A stretch of DNA of 64,000 nt from an uncultured Actinomycetes bacterium (GTDB lineage: Bacteria; Actinomycetota; UBA4738; HRBIN12), in contig CAVYTE010000016.1 in NCBI GenBank assembly GCA_963771385.1, positions 23,664-87,663 of the forward strand, given 5' to 3'. Positions within the stretch are counted from its first letter, which is position 1; every line of letters starts with the position of its first letter. The position numbers were made by a program, and so were the translations under genes. Under the pieces are notes generated by a model. That model was not told the origin of the DNA. It made no database searches and saw only the letters and a program-made list of their open reading frames with translations. Positions 58,725-64,000 of this stretch are shown here, one piece after another.

Positions 58725-60395
58725 CTACTCCGCGCGCCACGGGAGTCGGACACCGCGGTCGGCGGCGACCGCGAGCGCCGCTTCGTACCCGGCGTCCGCG
58801 TGACGGACGACGCCCATCCCCGGATCGGAGGTCAGCACCCGTTCCAATCGCGCCGCGGCGTTCTCGGTCCCGTCGGCCACGACCACCATCCCGGCGTGGA
58901 TCGAGTACCCGATCCCCACGCCGCCGCCGTGGTGCACGCTCACCCAGTGGGCGCCCGCCGCGGTGTTCACGAGCGCGTTCAGGATCGGCCAGTCGGCGAT
59001 CGCATCGGATCCGTCCAGCATCGCCTCCGTCTCGCGGTACGGGCTCGCGACGCTGCCGCTGTCGAGGTGGTCGCGGCCGATCACGATCGGCGCGGAGAGC
59101 TCGCCGCTTGCCACCATCTCGTTGAACCGCAGACCCGCCGTCGCGCGTTCGCCGTACCCGAGCCAGCAGATCCGCGCGGGGAGGCCCTGGTACGCGACGC
59201 GGTCCTCGGCCATCTCGAGCCATCGGAGGAGACGGTCGTTCCGCGGGAACAGCTCGGCCACCGCGCGATCCGTCTTCGAGATGTCCTCGGGATCGCCCGA
59301 CAGCGCCGCCCAGCGGAACGGGCCCTTGCCCTCGCAGAACATCGGACGGATGAACGCCGGAACGAACCCCGGGTACGCGAACGCGCGCGCGCGGTCCAGC
59401 CCACCCTGCTGCGCACCGGCCCGCAGGTTGTTGCCGTAGTCGAACACGACGGCGCCGGCCTCCAGGAACCCCACCATCGCGTCGGCATGTGCCGCCATCG
59501 ACGCGTAGGCGCGCCGTTGATACGTCGCGGGATCGGAGGCGCGGAGGACCGACGCGTCCTCGAGCGACAGCCCCGAGGGCACGTAGCCGCCGAGCGGATC
59601 GTGCGCGCTCGTCTGATCCGTCACGAGATCCGGGCGGAACCGTCGCCGCAGCAGATCGGGCAACATGTCGGCGCAGTTGCCGACCAGGCCGATCGAGCTC
59701 GCCTCGCGCGCCCGTCTGGCCTCCTCGACCCACCGGAGCGCCTGATCGACGTCGTCGGTCTCGCGATCGAGGTACCGCGTCTTCACCCGCCGTTCGATCC
59801 GCGCCGGATCGACCTCGACGCAGAGCGCCACGCCGCCGTTCATCGTGACCGCGAGCGGCTGCGCCCCGCCCATCCCGCCGAGCCCACCCGTGAGCGTCAC
59901 CGTCCCGGCGAGGGACCCACCGAACCGCTGCGACGCCGCTTCGGCGAACGTCTCGAACGTCCCCTGGAGGATCCCCTGCGTTCCGATGTAGATCCACGAC
60001 CCCGCCGTCATCTGCCCGTACATCGTCAGGCCCGCGTCCTCGAGCTCGCGGAACGTGTCCCAGTCGGCCCACTTCGGCACGAGCATCGAGTTCGAGATCA
60101 GGACGCGCGGCGCCTGGTCGTGCGTTCGGAACACGGCGACCGGCTTGCCCGACTGCACGAGGAGGGTCTCGTCGTCGCCGAGCTCCCGAAGCGACCGCAC
60201 GATGGCATCGAACGCCTCCCACGATCGCGCCGCTCGCCCGGTCCCGCCGTAGACGACGAGGTCCTCCGGGCGTTCGGCCACGTCGGGGTCGAGATTGTTC
60301 ATGAGCATGCGCAGCGCGGCCTCCTGCGGCCACGAGCGGCACGACAACGTCGTCCCGCGCGGCGCTCGGATCTCGCGCGCGCTCACGCCGACCAC
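58725..60395 (-). CDS. hutU: Urocanate hydratase
   Basis: 556 aa: [47 protein letters not shown]... is a canonical HutU sequence. Confidence 0.95.
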   Translation of the reverse strand: MVGVSAREIRAPRGTTLSCRSWPQEAALRMLMNNLDPDVAERPEDLVVYGGTGRAARSWEAFDAIVRSLRELGDDETLLVQSGKPVAVFRTHDQAPRVLISNSMLVPKWADWDTFRELEDAGLTMYGQMTAGSWIYIGTQGILQGTFETFAEAASQRFGGSLAGTVTLTGGLGGMGGAQPLAVTMNGGVALCVEVDPARIERRVKTRYLDRETDDVDQALRWVEEARRAREASSIGLVGNCADMLPDLLRRRFRPDLVTDQTSAHDPLGGYVPSGLSLEDASVLRASDPATYQRRAYASMAAHADAMVGFLEAGAVVFDYGNNLRAGAQQGGLDRARAFAYPGFVPAFIRPMFCEGKGPFRWAALSGDPEDISKTDRAVAELFPRNDRLLRWLEMAEDRVAYQGLPARICWLGYGERATAGLRFNEMVASGELSAPIVIGRDHLDSGSVASPYRETEAMLDGSDAIADWPILNALVNTAAGAHWVSVHHGGGVGIGYSIHAGMVVVADGTENAAARLERVLTSDPGMGVVRHADAGYEAALAVAADRGVRLPWRAE

Positions 60396-60447
60396 ATCCC
60401 GTCGCGATGATAGTGCCGTACGAAGCCCCCGCCGGATCGGCGGACGC

Positions 60448-60924
60448 CTACGTCGCTTCGCCCGGGGCTTCCGGGCCGGGTGGCGGCGTGTTCCCGAGGA
60501 CGTCGGCGATCCGCGCGAGCAGCTCGGGCGTGTCGAACGGCTTCACGACGTAGTCGTCGGCACCCACGGAGAAGCCGGCGAGCCGGTCCGCCGACAGCCC
60601 CCGAGCCGTCAGCAGGATCACCTTGGCCGAGGACGTCCGGTCGTCCTCGCGCAGCCGTCTCGTGAGCTCGAACCCGTCCATGTTCGGCATCATGACGTCG
60701 GCGAGGACGAGCTCGGGACAGCGCTCCCGAGCGAGCTCGAAGGCCCGCTCGCCGTCGTTGGCGGCGCGCACCTCGTAGCCCGCCGCCGTGAGCTCGATCT
60801 CGAGCAGGCGGGCGATGAACCGGTCGTCATCGACCACGATGAGGGACGCTGCGACCGCGGGGCCTCCCGGCTCCCGGGTGGGCGTCCGGAGCGTCTCGGC
60901 TTCCACGAGGATTGGAATCGGCAC
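60448..60924 (-). CDS. Single-domain response regulator (CheY-like receiver)
   Basis: LIVVDDD..., [13 protein letters not shown] (phospho-Asp) and DDYVVKPF are present. There is no output domain. The start codon is uncertain. Confidence 0.8.
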   Translation of the reverse strand: MPIPILVEAETLRTPTREPGGPAVAASLIVVDDDRFIARLLEIELTAAGYEVRAANDGERAFELARERCPELVLADVMMPNMDGFELTRRLREDDRTSSAKVILLTARGLSADRLAGFSVGADDYVVKPFDTPELLARIADVLGNTPPPGPEAPGEAT

Positions 60925-60992
60925 GTTCGAGGTTCGGGTGTAGGGCTCGCGCGTTCGAGCTCCGGGGACCGACGGGGCGCGTTCGTGGGAGG

Positions 60993-62396
60993 ATGGCGCC
61001 CCGGCAGGGCTCGTTGGAGGGCGCGCGCGTGGAAGTGCTCGATACGTTCCTGGACGCGGTGGGTGACACGCCGCTCGTCCGGCTCCACAAGGTCGGGCGC
61101 GGCGTCGAGCCGACGGTCCTGGCCAAGCTCGAGATGCTGAACCCGGGGGGCAGCGTCAAGGACCGGATCGGGCTCCGCATGATCGAGGTCGCCGAACGGG
61201 AAGGCAGGCTGAAGCCCGGTGGGACGCTCGTCGAGCCGACCTCGGGCAACACGGGCCACGGCCTGGCGATCGCGGCGGCGATCCGCGGATACCGGTGCAT
61301 CTTCGTGATGCCCGACAAGATGAGCCAGGAGAAGATCTCGCTGCTGCGGGCCTACGGCGCCGAGGTCGTCGTCTGTCCGACCGCGGTCCCGCCCGAATCG
61401 CCCGAGTCCTACTACCGGGTCGCCGATCGCCTCACCGAGGAGATCCCCGGGGCCTTCCAGCCGAACCAGTACTTCAACCAGGAGAACCCCGCCGCCCACT
61501 ACGACACCACCGGACCCGAGATCTGGCGGCAGACCGACGGCGAGGTCGACGTGCTCGTGTCCGGCGTCGGCACGGGGGGAACGATCACGGGGGTGGCGCG
61601 CTACCTGAAGGAGCAGAAGCCGGACCTGCTCGTCGTCGGTGCCGACCCGGAGGGTTCGATCTACTCCGGCGACGTGCATCCCTACCTGACGGAGGGGATC
61701 GGGGAGGACTTCTGGCCGACGACGTTCGATCCTTCGCTCGTGGACCGCTACATCCGCGTCTCCGATCGCGACGCCTTCCGGATGGCCCGCCGGATCACGC
61801 GCGAGGAAGGCATCCTGGTGGGATCGTCCTCAGGGACCGCGGTGGTCGCCGCCCTCGAGGTCGCCACCGGGCTCCCCGAGGAGGCAACCGTCGTCGTGAT
61901 CCTGCCGGACACCGGACGCAACTACCTGTCGAAGGTCTACTCCGACTCGTGGCTGATCCAGTACGGGCTGCTCGAACGTCCGGAGGTGGTGCGGGTCGAG
62001 GAGGTCCTGCACGCGAAGCACGGCGAGGTCCCGCCGCTCGTGACGGTGAACGCGCACGAGAAGGTGCGACAGGCGATCGACGTGCTGCAGCGTTTCAGCA
62101 TCTCGCAGGCCCCCGTCGTCCGAGGGTCCAGCGACGACGTCGCGCAGTTCGTCGGCTCGATCCGCGAGAACGCGCTGCTCGACCGCATCTTCCGCGACCC
62201 CGACGCGCTGCAGGCCGACGTCGCCGAGGTCATGGGTCCGCCGATCGCGATGGTCGAGTTCGACGCGCCGATCGACCTCGCGTTCGAGACGCTCCAGCAC
62301 GGCCCCGCCGTCCTGGTCGTGAAGGCCGGCCAGGTGCTCGGCGTGCTCACCCGAAGCGATCTGCTCGAGTTCCTCGCCCACCGCTCTCGCGTCTAG
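60993..62396 (+). CDS. cbs: Cystathionine beta-synthase (PLP domain + CBS pair)
   Basis: The ATG at 60993 follows GGGAGG. Motifs are LNPGGSVKDRIG (PLP Lys), PTSGNTGHGLA and GTGGTITG, with two C-terminal CBS motifs. Confidence 0.9.
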   Translation: MAPRQGSLEGARVEVLDTFLDAVGDTPLVRLHKVGRGVEPTVLAKLEMLNPGGSVKDRIGLRMIEVAEREGRLKPGGTLVEPTSGNTGHGLAIAAAIRGYRCIFVMPDKMSQEKISLLRAYGAEVVVCPTAVPPESPESYYRVADRLTEEIPGAFQPNQYFNQENPAAHYDTTGPEIWRQTDGEVDVLVSGVGTGGTITGVARYLKEQKPDLLVVGADPEGSIYSGDVHPYLTEGIGEDFWPTTFDPSLVDRYIRVSDRDAFRMARRITREEGILVGSSSGTAVVAALEVATGLPEEATVVVILPDTGRNYLSKVYSDSWLIQYGLLERPEVVRVEEVLHAKHGEVPPLVTVNAHEKVRQAIDVLQRFSISQAPVVRGSSDDVAQFVGSIRENALLDRIFRDPDALQADVAEVMGPPIAMVEFDAPIDLAFETLQHGPAVLVVKAGQVLGVLTRSDLLEFLAHRSRV

Positions 62397-62401
62397 GCCG
62401 C

Positions 62402-63250
62402 GTGCGCTCGCTGGGGATCGACGTCGGCGTTCGCAAGGGCCTCGATCTGGTCCTGCTCGACGGCGACCGCGAGGTGCTCGACACGGCGCGGCGCGTCTCG
62501 GTCGACGACCTGCACAAGCTGGTCCCCGACTTCGACCCCGACGTCGTGGCGATCGATGCGCCGCCGACCTGGGCCTCGGCGGGCCGCTCGCGCCTGACGG
62601 AGCGAGAGCTCCGCTGGTTCGGGATCCAGTGCTTCAACACGCCGTCGGACGAGCGGATGGCCGAACACCCCTTCTACGAGTGGATGACGATCGGTTTCGC
62701 GGCGTTCCGCGCGATCGAGGAGACGTACCCGCGCTATCGCGGCGGATCCGCGAAGGGCTCGGCGATCGAGGTCTTCCCGCACGCCGCCGCCGTCGTCCTG
62801 GCGGGTTGCCTTCCCCCGCGAGGGGTCACCCGTCATGCGTGGAGGCGCGGGGTCCTGCGGGCGCAGCGGGTGGAACCGTCCGCGCTGCGTTCGGCCGACC
62901 AGGTGGACGCGGCGCTCGCGGCGCTCACCGGCTTGTTCGCCCTCGAGCGGCGGTTCAGCGCCCCGGGTGATCCGCGCGAGGGGCAGATCGTGCTCCCCGC
63001 GGCGACGCTGCCGGCGAACCCGTACCGTCGTGGCGCGACGCCCGAGCGCACCCGCGAGCAGCCCTCGCTGCCCGGGCTCGCGGCCTGCGCATGCGGCCAG
63101 CCCTCGTGCACATCGCTCACGGGACGGGAGTTCGCGCCCGGCCACGACGCGAAGCGCAAGTCGGCCTTGTGGAAGCTCGCGCGCGACGGCCAGGAGGCGG
63201 TCGACGAGCTGACGAAACGCGGCTGGGCGATCCCGCCGGAGATGCGATGA
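62402..63250 (+). CDS. DUF429-like (RNase H-fold) protein with Cys-rich C-terminal tail
   Basis: The GTG at 62402 gives VRSLGIDVGVRKGLDLVLLDG...VVAIDAPP...DQVDAALAALTG. The tail is ACACGQPSCTSLTGREFAPGHDAKRK. It sits between cbs and the gamma-lyase gene, with an ATGA overlap at its 3' end. Confidence 0.6.
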   Translation: MRSLGIDVGVRKGLDLVLLDGDREVLDTARRVSVDDLHKLVPDFDPDVVAIDAPPTWASAGRSRLTERELRWFGIQCFNTPSDERMAEHPFYEWMTIGFAAFRAIEETYPRYRGGSAKGSAIEVFPHAAAVVLAGCLPPRGVTRHAWRRGVLRAQRVEPSALRSADQVDAALAALTGLFALERRFSAPGDPREGQIVLPAATLPANPYRRGATPERTREQPSLPGLAACACGQPSCTSLTGREFAPGHDAKRKSALWKLARDGQEAVDELTKRGWAIPPEMR

Positions 63251-64000
63251 GCGACGACGCCGGCGAGATGCGGTTCGAGACCCGCGCGATCCATGTGGGC
63301 CAGGATCCCGATGCCGAGTTCGGCTCGGTGAACGTCCCGATCTACCAGACCTCGACGTACGCGCAGCCCGCCGTCGGCAAGCCCAGGGCATGGGACTACG
63401 CGCGGGCCGGCAACCCGACGCGCGAGGCGCTGCAACAGGTGCTCGCCTCGCTCGAAGGTGGCTCGAAGGGTCTGTGCTTCTCGAGCGGGCTCGGCGCGAC
63501 GACGACGCTCCTGCTCACGCTGAAGCCTGGCGACCACGTGCTGATCTCGGACGACGTGTACGGCGGCACCTACCGTCTGCTCGCCCGCGTGATGGATCGG
63601 TGGGGCCTCGCGTTCGACACGGTGGACATGACGGACCTCATCGCGTGCCGTGCGGTGGTCCGGGAGGACACGGCGCTCGTGTGGGTCGAGTCCCCCACGA
63701 ACCCCTTCCTGAAGGTGGTCGACATCGCCGCCGTGGCGGAACTCGCGCACCAGGCGGGCGCGCGGTGCGTCGTGGACAACACGTTCGCGACCCCGTACCT
63801 GCAGCGGCCGCTCGAGCTCGGCGCCGACGTCGTGCTGCACTCGATGACGAAGTACCTCGGCGGCCACTCGGACCTGATCGGTGGCGCGCTCGTGACGAGC
63901 GACGACGAGCTGATCGAACGCCTCTCGTTCCTCGTGAACGCGGCGGGCGCCGTCCCCGGCCCGATGGACTGCTACCTCGCGCTCCGAGGCGTGAAGACGC
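63247..64000 (+). CDS. Cystathionine gamma-lyase/gamma-synthase family PLP enzyme (3' partial)
   Basis: The ATG at 63247 gives MSDDAGEMRFETRAIHVGQDPD...YARAGNPTREAL...VLHSMTKYLGGHSD (PLP Lys). The frame is open to the window end. Confidence 0.9.
   Translation, partial: MSDDAGEMRFETRAIHVGQDPDAEFGSVNVPIYQTSTYAQPAVGKPRAWDYARAGNPTREALQQVLASLEGGSKGLCFSSGLGATTTLLLTLKPGDHVLISDDVYGGTYRLLARVMDRWGLAFDTVDMTDLIACRAVVREDTALVWVESPTNPFLKVVDIAAVAELAHQAGARCVVDNTFATPYLQRPLELGADVVLHSMTKYLGGHSDLIGGALVTSDDELIERLSFLVNAAGAVPGPMDCYLALRGVKT

Noticed and set aside
60914-60944. GGAATC-N18-GTGTAGG upstream of cbs, considered as a third copy of the ECF promoter motif.
   Set aside because: The -35 box differs, the spacer is 3 nt longer and the -10 box is incomplete. 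It also overlaps the possible 5' end of the response-regulator ORF, so there is not enough support.
60925-60992. A possible SAM or SAH riboswitch in the cbs leader, prompted by the repeated GCGTTCG units.
   Set aside because: None of the conserved cores of the SAM-I, SAM-IV or SAH riboswitches that I can recall is present.

Overview
This is a very GC-rich, gene-dense chromosomal segment with Actinomycetota-like gene content, although the taxon cannot be proven from the window alone. I call about 65 protein-coding genes on both strands, many of them translationally coupled through ATGA or GTGA overlaps. I found no rRNA, tRNA, CRISPR array, transposase or integrase.

Gene content, in order:
- a partial M14 carboxypeptidase
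- glnB-glnD
- a divergent Ku/LigD NHEJ pair
- a DUF5319-like Zn-ribbon protein, a PIG-L deacetylase and a P450
- a PadR plus ABC-2 exporter operon
- a tandem GNAT, a cupin and RmuC
- a TlpA/ResA-like redoxin
- TldD/PmbA, a CBS-pair protein, NDH-2, a PHP phosphoesterase and an FMN alpha-hydroxy-acid oxidase
- pgsA, an SDR and glpX, then BioY
- an LLM oxidoreductase, an NDP-sugar nucleotidyltransferase and an esterase
- two ECF sigma/anti-sigma modules: one sits beside an M15 peptidase, NfeD and an SPFH protein; the other beside a cupredoxin
- an orphan pilT, ArsR, mrp, lgt and a PAP2 phosphatase
- SRPBCC, PPOX and CPBP genes, a SAM methyltransferase and pepA
- an NCS1 permease, a DinB-family gene and an MFS transporter
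- hutI, hutH and hutU, separated by unrelated genes
- a response regulator
- a cbs-DUF429-cystathionine gamma-lyase operon that runs off the 3' edge

Main observations:
1. The redoxin gene is not frameshifted. It is interrupted by two in-frame TGA codons that fall exactly on both Cys positions of the CxxC motif (W-U-S-T-U-R). Two stable hairpins follow immediately. This makes it a candidate UxxU selenoprotein.
2. A clear TPP (THI-box) riboswitch precedes the NCS1 permease.
3. An identical GGAACC-N13-CGGTGTAGA motif precedes both the second ECF sigma gene and the cupredoxin gene.
4. Two zones are saturated with +/-1 frameshifts while the encoded protein sequence stays conserved: about 5.5-8.4 kb (Ku/LigD) and about 36.4-44.8 kb (about 12 genes on both strands). 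This most likely reflects a local consensus or assembly-quality problem rather than biology.

All coordinates of frameshifted genes are reconstructions made by eye.
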